Notes: generated by a model not told the origin, from the sequence alone. A stretch of DNA of 64,000 bases from Candidatus Omnitrophota bacterium (GCA_030681595.1 JAUXSB010000056.1:10009-74008), one strand, 5' to 3'; shown: positions 51,140 through 60,731, numbered from the stretch's first letter. A program made the numbers and translations.

Positions 51140-51529
51140 TTAATTCAGGCTATAGCTGCCAGAACCCCTTGACTCATTCCCGCAGCTCGGGCATTTCTTT
51201 TTGTATAGCCTGCGCGCCTCATCCAGCGGATCAGGAAGCCTTCCATAAGGCACAGGAAACAGGGTTACAGGTCCATACAAACTTTGCCTTATTGAATATC
51301 CCTTCATTTTTATGCCTGCATTTGCATAACCTCTTGGTGTTATGGAAGAATATCCCATCCTTGACGAGTCATTTATTCTGTTCGTTAAGCTATACCCTTT
51401 ACTAGAGCCTGCTAAGCTGTATCCACCACCCGAACCCACTAGAGAATATCTTGAACCACCTCCGGCACTGCCCAGGCTGTAACCTGTTCCGCCAATGCTC
51501 ATGCTTATCCCGCCGCCTTTCTTGCTCAT
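51140..51529 (-). CDS. Gly/Ser-rich GYSL-repeat protein with C-terminal CPSCG motif
   Basis: Repeats GYSLGSAGGGSRYSLVGSGGGYSLAGSSKGYSL, then KKKCPSCGNESRGSGSYSLN. Confidence 0.35.
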   Translation of the reverse strand: MSKKGGGISMSIGGTGYSLGSAGGGSRYSLVGSGGGYSLAGSSKGYSLTNRINDSSRMGYSSITPRGYANAGIKMKGYSIRQSLYGPVTLFPVPYGRLPDPLDEARRLYKKKCPSCGNESRGSGSYSLN

Positions 51530-51623
51530 GAAACCATGAACAGCTGCAATTATTTAAAGTTTTCCCTGTCTTGACTCTCATTGCGGGGCTCTATCAAAGA
51601 GCCCCGCGCTGCCAACTGCGTTT

Positions 51624-52004
51624 TTAGAAACCCTTCATTACAAAGCTGGCATTTGAGCCGAGAGAGCGGATCTTGCCATCAACAAATATATTGTTTATCT
51701 TGGGAATCAGTTCGAAGATCGCTGAATCAGGTGTATGCCCGCGCTCTTTTATCATGAAATTTATGACATCACTGCTAGATGGTCTGGCCTCGGGGTTAAA
51801 CTTGTTCCCCTTAATCAAATCCCTGTAATCAAAAGACTTGATTGGATGCAGCTTGATGTCTGACAAAGGCTCGATGCTTAATTTCCAGGGCTTGATTTCC
51901 GGCACTGTAATCTTAGTGTGCCAGAACTCCAAAGGCAGATTTGTCTCATTAGACATGAACTTGGCAAAGTCGGATTTTATTTCTGAACCGCGAAAGTCTT
52001 TCAT
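51624..52004 (-). CDS. Hypothetical protein (element), strong SD AAAGGAGG
   Basis: 126-aa ORF with a canonical RBS. Confidence 0.4.
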   Translation of the reverse strand: MKDFRGSEIKSDFAKFMSNETNLPLEFWHTKITVPEIKPWKLSIEPLSDIKLHPIKSFDYRDLIKGNKFNPEARPSSSDVINFMIKERGHTPDSAIFELIPKINNIFVDGKIRSLGSNASFVMKGF

Positions 52005-52034
52005 TTCTTCCTCCTTTTTGAATTTCTTTCTGTT

Positions 52035-52163
52035 TTAGTAAGAAATAGCCAATCTCATTCCCTCCTTCACAAACTTTAAGCCCTTCCGGGCCCTGTCCAG
52101 GACTGAAATAGCACGCCTTGACTTACTGAGAATCCTCATCACTTTACGCTTTAGCTTTTTCAT
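52035..52163 (-). CDS. Unannotated 42-aa basic small protein (MKKLKRKVMRILSKSRRAISVLDRARKGLKFVKEGMRLAISY)
   Basis: ATG at 52163 preceded by AGGAGGTG at optimal spacing. Stop at 52035..52037. Below the track size cutoff. Confidence 0.4.
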   Translation of the reverse strand: MKKLKRKVMRILSKSRRAISVLDRARKGLKFVKEGMRLAISY

Positions 52164-52292
52164 CTAGGATCACCTCCTTTCGATTCGCTTCTAGGGTAAG
52201 TTTACAATATCTTTCGTGCGAGATAAAACCACTTGTCTGCCACGTTTGTGCCACGAGTTTAAGGAAAAATTTAAAAGGACGGGGAGCTCAGG

Positions 52293-52709
52293 ATGACTAT
52301 GAGCATACTTGATTATTTGGATAGAAAAGCACTCAAAAGGAGAATATTTAGTAACGGCGGGAAGATTAACTTAAATGCTACTATAAAGGATTTTGTAACT
52401 TATGCCGGATATAGAAAAAGAGGAAATGAGGAGGGTCTTAGTTTTAGTGCTTATTTACAACTTCGCAGATTTAATGATATAACAATAAGGGATTTGGAAA
52501 GAATCAGGCCATATGGGTTAAAAAGACTTATGATAGTTGGTATTGGAGAAAAAAAGGCAGAGGATTTAAACAATGCCTTATCTAGCTACGGTGTTAAATC
52601 TATACCCTGGACAACAAAGAAATACAAGGCATGGGAATTGAGAAAAGAATTGCAAAAGAAGCATGGTAAATACACTGAAACAGTGGGAGATCTTTTAAGG
52701 AAAGATTAA
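52293..52709 (+). CDS. Hypothetical protein (element, plus strand)
   Basis: 138-aa ORF, convergent with the 486-aa gene and overlapping it by 4 nt. Confidence 0.35.
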   Translation: MTMSILDYLDRKALKRRIFSNGGKINLNATIKDFVTYAGYRKRGNEEGLSFSAYLQLRRFNDITIRDLERIRPYGLKRLMIVGIGEKKAEDLNNALSSYGVKSIPWTTKKYKAWELRKELQKKHGKYTETVGDLLRKD

Positions 52710-54166
52710 ATTTTTTCTATTAAGCAATAATTAGGCATTGGGATAAGCTCATATTCATCCATCTCGTTTGCCTTAAGTTTTGCATTTAATTTTTTAAAAA
52801 ATAAATTGTTCAGGTCCTCAATCCTTCTTCTTAGCTTTTTTGAAATATCTTCAACCTTATCCTTAAACAGTTCTTCTGCTGCTTGCCTTTTTGCTCTGTC
52901 GAGATCTGGTTGTATTTTTATCGCTTTAACTAATTCTCTTACATCTTTAAAATCAATGGCATACCTAACATCAAAAACATGCTGAGCCATATTCCACGCA
53001 GTTCCTCCGGATCCTTTGTGCTTAAGAATATAAGACAATACCCGGTATGTGAGCTTACCAGAAGGTGCCCTAACCTTTTTACCGTTAATAAAAGCTTGTG
53101 TGCGAGTTTCCTCTCTAGAGATAAACAGAGCATACTTTCCTAGATTCGCAATTATGTCTTCTTTTTGTTTTGTATCTGCCGACTTGCCTTTAGGTTCGGA
53201 ATCGTTAAACCAAACTCCATATTCCGCCTTTTCCGCTTCTGGCTTCACTCTCTTATCAACTCTAATTCTCTTTGTTAAACTATCGCCTAATCTCTGCATT
53301 TGTTTCTTAATTTCTCCTCCAACAGATTCTGTAATGTCTTCCTTGAACATTTCCCTGCTTTGTTTTTCCGCCATAAAACAAGATAAATCGTTGCTCAAAT
53401 CACTGGCAACCCTGAGCCGGCTCATAAGCCTATGTCCATCATCTTTTGATATTTGGTTAATGCTTTTATGGTGTTTGGACCTAACTAACTCTTCAAAATC
53501 AAGAACAAAATTTTCTATGGCATCTATGCTTTCTTTGCCTTTTTTATATCTGATATTCCTTAAAATCTTTTTTGCTTCATCAAGCGTATTAAAATCAACT
53601 GCTTTAAAATTGAGGCAATCATGTAATGCATAAATAGTTTTAATCTTCACGCCCATAGCCAAAAAAGGATTCTCGGGACGCAATTCTTCGCGTTTTTCCC
53701 AATGTTTTTTTACCCTCTTAAAATTTTTATCCGCATCAGGATTAAAAAATGCTTTAATCCATTTCTTTTGCTTTAAGGTAGTAACGAGATCCCTGAGATA
53801 TCCCGCCATTAAGACTAACGAATCTGCGTTAAAGACCTCTTTATATTTCTTATCAACAGGCATGATTTCATTTACAAGGAAAGGTAATGTTTCTACGATG
53901 TTACCTTTAACTTCAAATATTGCAAATGCTTTAATTGCTTTCAAAAAATACTTTTCTGCCTCGTCTACATTACCTTCCCTGAACGCATACAGCCCCTCAT
54001 TATAAAAAAGGTTTGGGATAAAAAGATTGGGATAATCTTCTGCAAGGGATATAAATTCTCTTTCTACGTCCTTATGATCTCCCTCAAGCAAATGGGTCAA
54101 GCCTTTTATATAATCTTCGAAAATGCCTTCAATCTCTTTCTCAAATGTAAACTTTTTCAAATTCAT
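52706..54166 (-). CDS. Large hypothetical protein (486 aa) with TPR-like N-terminus
   Basis: ORF only. N-terminal TPR-like helices (EAEKYFLKAIKAFAIFE). No catalytic motif seen. Confidence 0.4.
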   Translation of the reverse strand: MNLKKFTFEKEIEGIFEDYIKGLTHLLEGDHKDVEREFISLAEDYPNLFIPNLFYNEGLYAFREGNVDEAEKYFLKAIKAFAIFEVKGNIVETLPFLVNEIMPVDKKYKEVFNADSLVLMAGYLRDLVTTLKQKKWIKAFFNPDADKNFKRVKKHWEKREELRPENPFLAMGVKIKTIYALHDCLNFKAVDFNTLDEAKKILRNIRYKKGKESIDAIENFVLDFEELVRSKHHKSINQISKDDGHRLMSRLRVASDLSNDLSCFMAEKQSREMFKEDITESVGGEIKKQMQRLGDSLTKRIRVDKRVKPEAEKAEYGVWFNDSEPKGKSADTKQKEDIIANLGKYALFISREETRTQAFINGKKVRAPSGKLTYRVLSYILKHKGSGGTAWNMAQHVFDVRYAIDFKDVRELVKAIKIQPDLDRAKRQAAEELFKDKVEDISKKLRRRIEDLNNLFFKKLNAKLKANEMDEYELIPMPNYCLIEKI

Positions 54167-54247
54167 ATAATGACCTCTCTTTCAATTGCCTTGATTATAC
54201 CACTTCCCAAGCAAGCCTGAAAGCACAAAAGAAACCCTGAACAGCTT

Positions 54248-54748
54248 CTAAGCGGACTCTTCCGTCATTATCGGAATCTTCGATATAGAGAAGATGTTTT
54301 CTGCGGGAATGATTGTATCTTCGCTGAATATCGATTGGGATGAATATTCAAAGGTGTTCATCGGCCTGTTGTTAAAGAGGTAATCCCCGAGCATAAATGA
54401 CTTTCCGTCATAGCCAAGGAGCTCGCCGTGATGATAGCCGTCCTTGGTATGAATTACAACCTCCTCGCCATATAACCTATTTAAGAGATTATCCGCATTG
54501 GGATTTCCTGACTGCCTGATCCTTCCCAGCATCTTCGCGAGCCTTGCCTTTGCCTCTGAGTATTTAGGATTCTCATATTCAACAGTTCTCGTGCCATTGA
54601 GGGTTTCAGTATGGCTGTGATAACTCAATGGTATGCCTCCCTTTTTCTCGCACTCCTTAAAAAAATCATCAAGCGTCATAGACATTCTAAAAAGGCTGGA
54701 ATATAAATATTTTTCCCTGCGAGACAAACCTAAAGACAACCCTTGCAA
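54248..54748 (-). CDS. Hypothetical protein (element)
   Basis: 166-aa ORF. Confidence 0.35.
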   Translation of the reverse strand: MQGLSLGLSRREKYLYSSLFRMSMTLDDFFKECEKKGGIPLSYHSHTETLNGTRTVEYENPKYSEAKARLAKMLGRIRQSGNPNADNLLNRLYGEEVVIHTKDGYHHGELLGYDGKSFMLGDYLFNNRPMNTFEYSSQSIFSEDTIIPAENIFSISKIPIMTEESA

Positions 54749-55129
54749 AGCAAGAGTTTTCTTAAGTTTTTTCTCGTGCTCTTTTCCTATCTTTCCCGCG
54801 TTTAGCTTTTCGTGTAAAAGCCCAATGGCTCATGGCATTTCCTCAAAACCCGAAGGGATTAACAACGAACAATTGCTTACCTTCAAACAGAGGAAGCTTC
54901 GCTAACTTCGCTTCACTCTCGATTGAAGGCAAAAGTTTTAAGGGATTTGCCTTCCTGCTTTGCATTCCATCCTTCTTAAAACATTTTGGCTTGAATTTCA
55001 TTCAAGCTTTCTTATATCTTATCCCTTCTCCATGAGGGCTGACTACTCCCTCTTCCCTTTTTGCCCCCAGATCATTAAGGGGGCAAAAAAGATTTCCCCC
55101 GTTAAATGGTTGAAAGGAGGTAAGGGAAA

Positions 55130-55426
55130 ATGAAAACAACACAGGAAATTAAATCTGATTTTGAGCAGATTTTAAGTGAAGTAAGCAAAATTTTAGGAGT
55201 AACACCGGATACAGCAGTTCAGGTTTCAACAGTGATTTTGCAAGAATCTGGGAAATTCCAGAGGACAGAGATAATGCACAATGGCAGAAACAACAGCAAC
55301 GGCGACAAGCCTGCAACGCCAAAGCAGATAAAGTTTTTGCAGGACTTGGGCATTCCAACTGAATCAGGGATAACAAGCAGGAAGGCAAGTGAACTCATTG
55401 AAGCGAACAAGGGAAAGGGCAGGTAA
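55130..55426 (+). CDS. Small protein with DUF3072-like C-terminal motif
   Basis: PATPKQIKFLQDLGIPTESGITSRKASELIEA resembles the PAT..Q..YL..L ... K.EAS..I motif. Strong SD AAAGGAGG. Confidence 0.35.
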   Translation: MKTTQEIKSDFEQILSEVSKILGVTPDTAVQVSTVILQESGKFQRTEIMHNGRNNSNGDKPATPKQIKFLQDLGIPTESGITSRKASELIEANKGKGR

Positions 55427-55541
55427 CTGCCCCTTCCTTCTCTTTCAAGTAAAATGACAGAATACATTATTGACTTTGCGAGTGTTATCCTTGAGGCTTC
55501 CAGCAAAGAAGAAGCTTACAAGATGGCAGCGGAGTTAATCA

Positions 55542-55898
55542 GTGAAGGCGAAATTGGGGTTGATCAGATTGAGCCAAATTAAAATGACGGATGACTTTTG
55601 GAAGGATGCGGAGATAATCGATGTTTACACAGATGGGCAGGCTGTTGATGACGGGGTTTTAATTCCAGTGAAATTTGAAAACATCACAAGGATAACAAGG
55701 GCTGTATTTGATGGCTTTGACAAGAGGGGCTTTGACGCACCGGGATTTTACAAGTTCATGACTGAGGCGTCTAAAGAGCTTGAAAGCCAGCAGCGTATAA
55801 AATACGACTGGTTTTATTCTGTTTTAATTGAAGGCAGAAGATACTACCTTGTTGACAATGGCAATGGATTTACTCTGATGAAACCTGAAGATTACTGA
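55542..55898 (+). CDS. Hypothetical protein (plus strand)
   Basis: 118-aa ORF. The real start is probably the internal Met (MTDDFW). Confidence 0.3.
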   Translation: MKAKLGLIRLSQIKMTDDFWKDAEIIDVYTDGQAVDDGVLIPVKFENITRITRAVFDGFDKRGFDAPGFYKFMTEASKELESQQRIKYDWFYSVLIEGRRYYLVDNGNGFTLMKPEDY

Positions 55899-55899
55899 A

Positions 55900-56640
55900 A
55901 GCGGGCTTATTTGATTTTTTACTTATTCTTTATTTTTTATACATCTTGTGGCAAGATTTATATTGATTGATGGATATACTAATTTAAGGATAAACCCTTT
56001 GAATTATATAGAAACCCATAAAAGGGGATTTCGCTAACGGCTAAATGCTCAACCCCAATTTAAGGCTTTCTATCTTATTTATATTAACGACGACGCTGTG
56101 TGCCCCAGCTCTGATTGCCGAGGGCTGATGCCATCTCTGGCAATCGAGGGGGCACTTCGTGCCTCCCTACTACGGCTTAACGTACTACCTTTTTATGCTA
56201 CTTTATTTAGATGCTACTCTCTACTGCTCTGCTAATACTACTCTGCCCCCGTTTTTTACTCACTACTGCTTCTACCTCTAGTACCGCTACATTCACGTAC
56301 CGCTACCTCTTATTCTACCTTTACTATCTCTGACGCTTCTTTTTTATGTTGCTAACGCTACTACTCCACTTACACTTGGACTATTTCTTCTACTTTTATT
56401 TGTTTACTTTACGTAACCTTTTGTCTTACTTTGACTTATTTTTCTTTGACTTGTTCTTGGAGCTTTGACTTGTTCTTGGAGATTTGACTTGTTCTTTTTG
56501 TTTCTATTGGTTTTATTTGTTTCTTTGATTTTACTTATTGATTTATAGTGTGTTGGATTTATTTCTATATATGGGATGGGGATAATAGAAGCGAAGAAAC
56601 AGAAACAAAAGCAAAAGCACGTTCATAAGTCCGGCTTTTT
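55900..56640. repeat. 740-bp gene-free, strongly strand-skewed region (pyrimidine-rich top strand; about 20 GTAG/AGTAG/GGTAG motifs on the bottom strand) with a 54-nt imperfect palindrome (56101..56154) and 19-nt tandem repeats (56427..56500)
   Basis: No ORF of 60 aa or more on either strand. The top strand has almost no G between about 56160 and 56540. CTTTGACTTGTTCTTGGAG occurs about 3.5 times in tandem. Lies immediately 3' of the tyrosine integrase gene. Confidence 0.7.
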
Positions 56641-57832
56641 ATCTGGGATGAGAAATCTTATCCTTTGGTTTAATCAACTTGGATGCCTCATAGGATTTTC
56701 TCCTGAACATGGCGGCTAACTGGTTGAGCTGGTTCCATATTTTTTTCTCGCCCTGCGATAGCCTGTCTATCTCTTTCTCCAGCCTTGATTTATCCGCTTC
56801 AACTAGCAAATCTTCTTTTCTTATATCGCCCGTCAGGCCCAAAAACTCGGTGTAGTAGTTCAGCATGGTAAAATCTGTCCAGCCACCTCTCTGCCTTAGC
56901 GCATCAAGGCTTATTTTCCCGGATTTCTGGGCTATTTGCCTCAGATGGCAGGCCCCTGAGTGCCTGAAATCATAAAGAGTCATCTTTGAATAAAGCTCAC
57001 CTCTCGGATGCGATAATTTATCCCCGAATATCTGCTTGGCCACCTTCTGCAATTTATCTGTAAAGACAGGATAGCTGAATGAGAAAATGTAATCATTGGA
57101 TTCCAGGCCTTTTCTTTTGATATACTTTAATACGGCTTCCCCGCAATAGAGAAAATTGCCTGTTCTCCCTATTGTCTTGCTTATCTCCTGGGAAATATTG
57201 AAATATACCTCCCCCTCCTTTACAAAGATGTCTTTTGCCTTCATGTTCATCAATTCAGTAGGGGCTCTGATTAAGGTGTCAAAGATGAATAGCAATACAA
57301 CCTGCTCATCCTCGCTAAAGTAAGGAAGCATGGAATCTAACTGATCTTTGGTTATATAGACAAACTTTGGCTTTTCTCTTGATGTGTCCAGGTCTTCTGT
57401 AATGTCCGGAATTTGTATCCCTTTTTTTCTGTTTACAGTCATATGCCAATGCCAAAAGGCCTTAAAGATTTTGACATAATCAGCAACGGATTTATAGGCC
57501 TCTCCAACATTGGTTTTGATCTTTCCCGTTCTCATGTCATTAAAAAGGCAGACTAGATCCTTTTCATCCACTTTTGTTATGTCTTTTGCGTCTCTTTTTT
57601 CAAGCATTCCCATTATAAAGGCAATCCTGTATCTCAGGCTATTGAGCCTCTGATAGCTCCTAGCGCCTTTCTTTGCGCCTCTTGGAATGTTTACGCCTTG
57701 TTCCATATCAAAGACATATGCTGTTAAAATCTCAGAGTTTTTGTTGCTCAATCCATCTATTCCTGATTTAGAGATCTCTTCCTTCCAGTCTTTATATCTG
57801 TCTGCGTGATGGTAAATATCCAATTTAACCAT
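56639..57832 (-). mobile_element. Tyrosine recombinase / phage-type integrase
   Basis: C-terminal catalytic region with R..H..R..Y spacing (LYDFRHSGACHLRQ ... LRQRGGWTDFTMLNYY). Confidence 0.8.
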
Positions 57833-58062
57833 GCAGAAAGATAAGCGCAGCTACTTTATAAGGATTTCGATGCTCCCTCCAGTCCCGTCGGGAGCATTGA
57901 GAGAGCATCGAATAAGTTAACTATAGACAAACCGAAAGTTGACGGTGTGTAGGGAATCATCTTTTACGCGATTCCTACTTTGCTCTATAAATAAGCAAAT
58001 CAAATAACTTGATACAAGAATAAATATCTTTCAATATGTTCTCCTTCTCCTCTAAGCTGAAC

Positions 58063-58293
58063 TCAGTTTTGTAAGCCAAAGGAGTCGAGGCTTCCGGCTG
58101 ATACTGTTCTATTGTCTGCTCTTTCACGTTCTTCTCGTAATGTGTTTCCATCTCCCTCAGCCTCATGGAGAAACTCATCTCTCCAAACACAATTAGGACA
58201 AATCCAATATTGCTCAACCCTGCCATTAACCAGCCGGCTGGTTAAAATGAGCCTGGATTCGTCCTGTTGATGACATAGCTTGCATTCTTTCAT
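58063..58293 (-). CDS. Small zinc-ribbon protein (CxxC ... CxxC)
   Basis: MKECKLCHQQ ... WICPNCVWRDEF. It overlaps the alternative ORF 57975..58226; which frame is used cannot be decided. Confidence 0.3.
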   Translation of the reverse strand: MKECKLCHQQDESRLILTSRLVNGRVEQYWICPNCVWRDEFLHEAEGDGNTLREERERADNRTVSAGSLDSFGLQN

Positions 58294-58505
58294 AAAGGCA
58301 GCATCAAAGATGCCTTTATTGCCTTTTTCAGCAAACTATATTAATGGCCCTAAAAGTCAATCCCCGTAATCAATGCCTTTTGGCATGGTGTGATAGTCAA
58401 ACTTGTATTCAATTACATGAGTCAGCTTCATGCCCAAGTCTTTCAACATCTTCTCTATGTTCAAAACCGCCTTCATTGCCTTTGTTTCAAGATTCTCCAT
58501 CATCT

Positions 58506-58904
58506 TCAGCCCTTTATCTGCTCTGCATTGAAAGCCGTACTTGCCTGCCTTTGCCTGGCAGATTCGATAACCTTCTCAAAGTATGCCACTGCCTTGAAGA
58601 AGGGCCTTTCGAATCCCGGCACTCTCACGATGATGCTCCTGCCATCTCTTGTGATGCCTATCTTCAGCTCATCTCTTTTTTCGCCCTGATACTGGTTTAG
58701 GTTTTCTTCCATTTTTGGTTTACCTCCTGTATTAATTACAGAGAGGTAACGCTTATATAGGTTTTCAGCAAAGAATATTAACGGGGGATTTTGGCTGAGG
58801 GATAGGGGATTTAAACTTTGTAAGCAAAGTGTGGCATGAAGTTTATTTGTTAGATAAAATAGATTTTGCAACTCTGAATAAAAATGCGATTGCGCGGGAA
58901 ACAT
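58506..58904 (-). CDS. Hypothetical protein
   Basis: ORF only. The real start may be the internal MEENLNQYQ. Confidence 0.3.
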   Translation of the reverse strand: MFPAQSHFYSELQNLFYLTNKLHATLCLQSLNPLSLSQNPPLIFFAENLYKRYLSVINTGGKPKMEENLNQYQGEKRDELKIGITRDGRSIIVRVPGFERPFFKAVAYFEKVIESARQRQASTAFNAEQIKG

Positions 58905-58940
58905 TAATATGATATTATTAATAAGTATTAAGGAGTCGAA

Positions 58941-59915
58941 ATGTCATGGTCAGAGAATTTATTTCTAAATGTACTTAAAGCTGCCGCTCCCACTGCATTT
59001 ATCTACGAAAAAGATTTTTCTCCCTTCGTAAAGGATATCACTTCTCTTTGTGAACAAAACAAAATCCCGTTAGATTGTATTCTAGTTGATTTTGATGGCA
59101 TAACTCTTTCTCCCAAAATAGCTGAAGTATTACTCAACGATAAACATAAAATTATTCTGTTTGGTCTGAAAGAAAATGTTTGGCATTTCCCTGAGCGACA
59201 GCAAGCCAAAAGTAAACTCAAAAAAAAGCTGATTTCTCTAGCATGTTATTACGACCGCATCACTGAAGAAGGAGATTATGATAATAGTATTATTAAAGCA
59301 TTGGCGAATGACTTAGCCTTAGCACGTCTATTCGAGAAAGGGAAAAAGGTAACCATAGCTAGTCCTAGCGGAACTAAAATTAAAGCGGAGATAGGGGAGA
59401 GGAGTTTTTTTGAAAACGGTGACTATAGCAAATGTGGGAGTGGCGGTGATTTCCCATCGGGAGAAGTCGGATTTGGGCCGAAAGAAAATAGCGTAAATGG
59501 TCTTATTGTCTTTGACCTGAAAATTCAACATATAGGCACAGTATCGAACTTAAAAGTAGAAGTTGAACAAGATAAGATAGTTACGATAGAAGGTGAAAAA
59601 AAGGAGGCCTACGAAAAGTTATTAAAGAAGCACGACATATTAAATCTTATTAGTGAAATATCAATCGGGATTAATCCTTTTATCAGAATCAAAAATGAAC
59701 CTTCAGTATTGGAAGAAAAGAAATTAGGAACGGTTCATTTCGGACATGGAGCTAATTTGTCTTATGGTAAAAGAAAAGGGTTGCACTTCGATGCGGTTAT
59801 AAGGGATCCTACCTTCACAATAGAAGATAAAATAATCCTTAAGAGGGGAGGAATCAACAAAATCATTCTTTCGGAAGAGACAAAATCGCTCCTAGAAAAG
59901 GTTGACGAAAGTTGA
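58941..59915 (+). CDS. Hypothetical protein, possibly metallopeptidase-like (M29 aminopeptidase-like His/Asp cluster)
   Basis: LGTVHFGHGANLSYGKRKGLHFDAVIRD. Weak similarity only. Confidence 0.3.
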   Translation: MSWSENLFLNVLKAAAPTAFIYEKDFSPFVKDITSLCEQNKIPLDCILVDFDGITLSPKIAEVLLNDKHKIILFGLKENVWHFPERQQAKSKLKKKLISLACYYDRITEEGDYDNSIIKALANDLALARLFEKGKKVTIASPSGTKIKAEIGERSFFENGDYSKCGSGGDFPSGEVGFGPKENSVNGLIVFDLKIQHIGTVSNLKVEVEQDKIVTIEGEKKEAYEKLLKKHDILNLISEISIGINPFIRIKNEPSVLEEKKLGTVHFGHGANLSYGKRKGLHFDAVIRDPTFTIEDKIILKRGGINKIILSEETKSLLEKVDES

Positions 59916-59951
59916 AATATATGCTATACTTATAATCTATCATTAGATAAC

Positions 59952-60731
59952 ATGGAAAATCCAATCAAATTCAAGAATAATAGCAACTTGATCCTTGCAG
60001 GCATACTGAATAGTCCTGTTGAATCTAGTAACGCAGGCATCATATTGTTGCATGGTTTTGCAGGAAACAAAGAGGAGAATGGGTTATTCCCATATGCTGC
60101 AAATATCCTCAGTGCCAATGGTTATCATACATTAAGATTTGACTTTGCTGGGGTAGGTGAAAGCCAAGGCGATTATTCAAAAAGCACTTTAAATAGTCAA
60201 AAAGAAGACTTTATTTCTTCTCTGGATTTTTTTGTTAAAAAGTGTCATTTAAGCAGAGTTGGAGTAGTTGGTTTTAGTCTTGGAGCAACAATCGCCTTGC
60301 TTGGTTATGAGAAAAAAATAAAAGCAATGGCGTTATGGAGCCCCGCTTTGTTTCCCAAGAAAGATATGTTCCCTCGCTATCAGACAAATGAATTCAAAAG
60401 ACATCTAAAAGGATATGGCTATATAAATAAAGGGGGGCTAAAAGTTGGGAGTGAAATAATAGATGATTTGGGTAAATGCGATCTGATTCCTTTTATAAGA
60501 AGAGTGGAGTGCGAAGTATTATTGATACACGGAGATAGAGACGAAAGAATAAATTATAAGAGTACCTTAAGAGCAGAAAGAAAATTTCTTAAAGCACAGA
60601 CTTATATAATAAAAAATTCTGGACATTCATACAAAGAAAGTTATCTTGTGAAAGAAGAAGTTTTAAATAAGACTATAGAACTTTTCAATAGAAATATTCT
60701 GCATAAAGTACCTGCCAAGAATTTGGTATAA
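59952..60731 (+). CDS. Alpha/beta hydrolase (dienelactone hydrolase/esterase type)
   Basis: Nucleophile elbow VVGFSLGATIAL (G-x-S-x-G), an N-terminal ILLHGFAG oxyanion region, and a C-terminal HGDRDERI with the His of the triad. Confidence 0.65.
   Translation: MENPIKFKNNSNLILAGILNSPVESSNAGIILLHGFAGNKEENGLFPYAANILSANGYHTLRFDFAGVGESQGDYSKSTLNSQKEDFISSLDFFVKKCHLSRVGVVGFSLGATIALLGYEKKIKAMALWSPALFPKKDMFPRYQTNEFKRHLKGYGYINKGGLKVGSEIIDDLGKCDLIPFIRRVECEVLLIHGDRDERINYKSTLRAERKFLKAQTYIIKNSGHSYKESYLVKEEVLNKTIELFNRNILHKVPAKNLV

Noticed and set aside
55900-56640. Low-complexity protein, for example Ser/Thr/Tyr-rich, encoded by the pyrimidine-rich region
   Set aside because: All six frames contain frequent stops (TAG, TAA and TGA words are part of the repeat motif itself) and no start-RBS context. 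Treated as non-coding.
57975-58226. Overlapping alternative ORF to the zinc-ribbon ORF 58063..58293
   Set aside because: The two frames overlap almost completely. The CxxC-containing frame was preferred, although neither has strong translation signals, so only one was listed.
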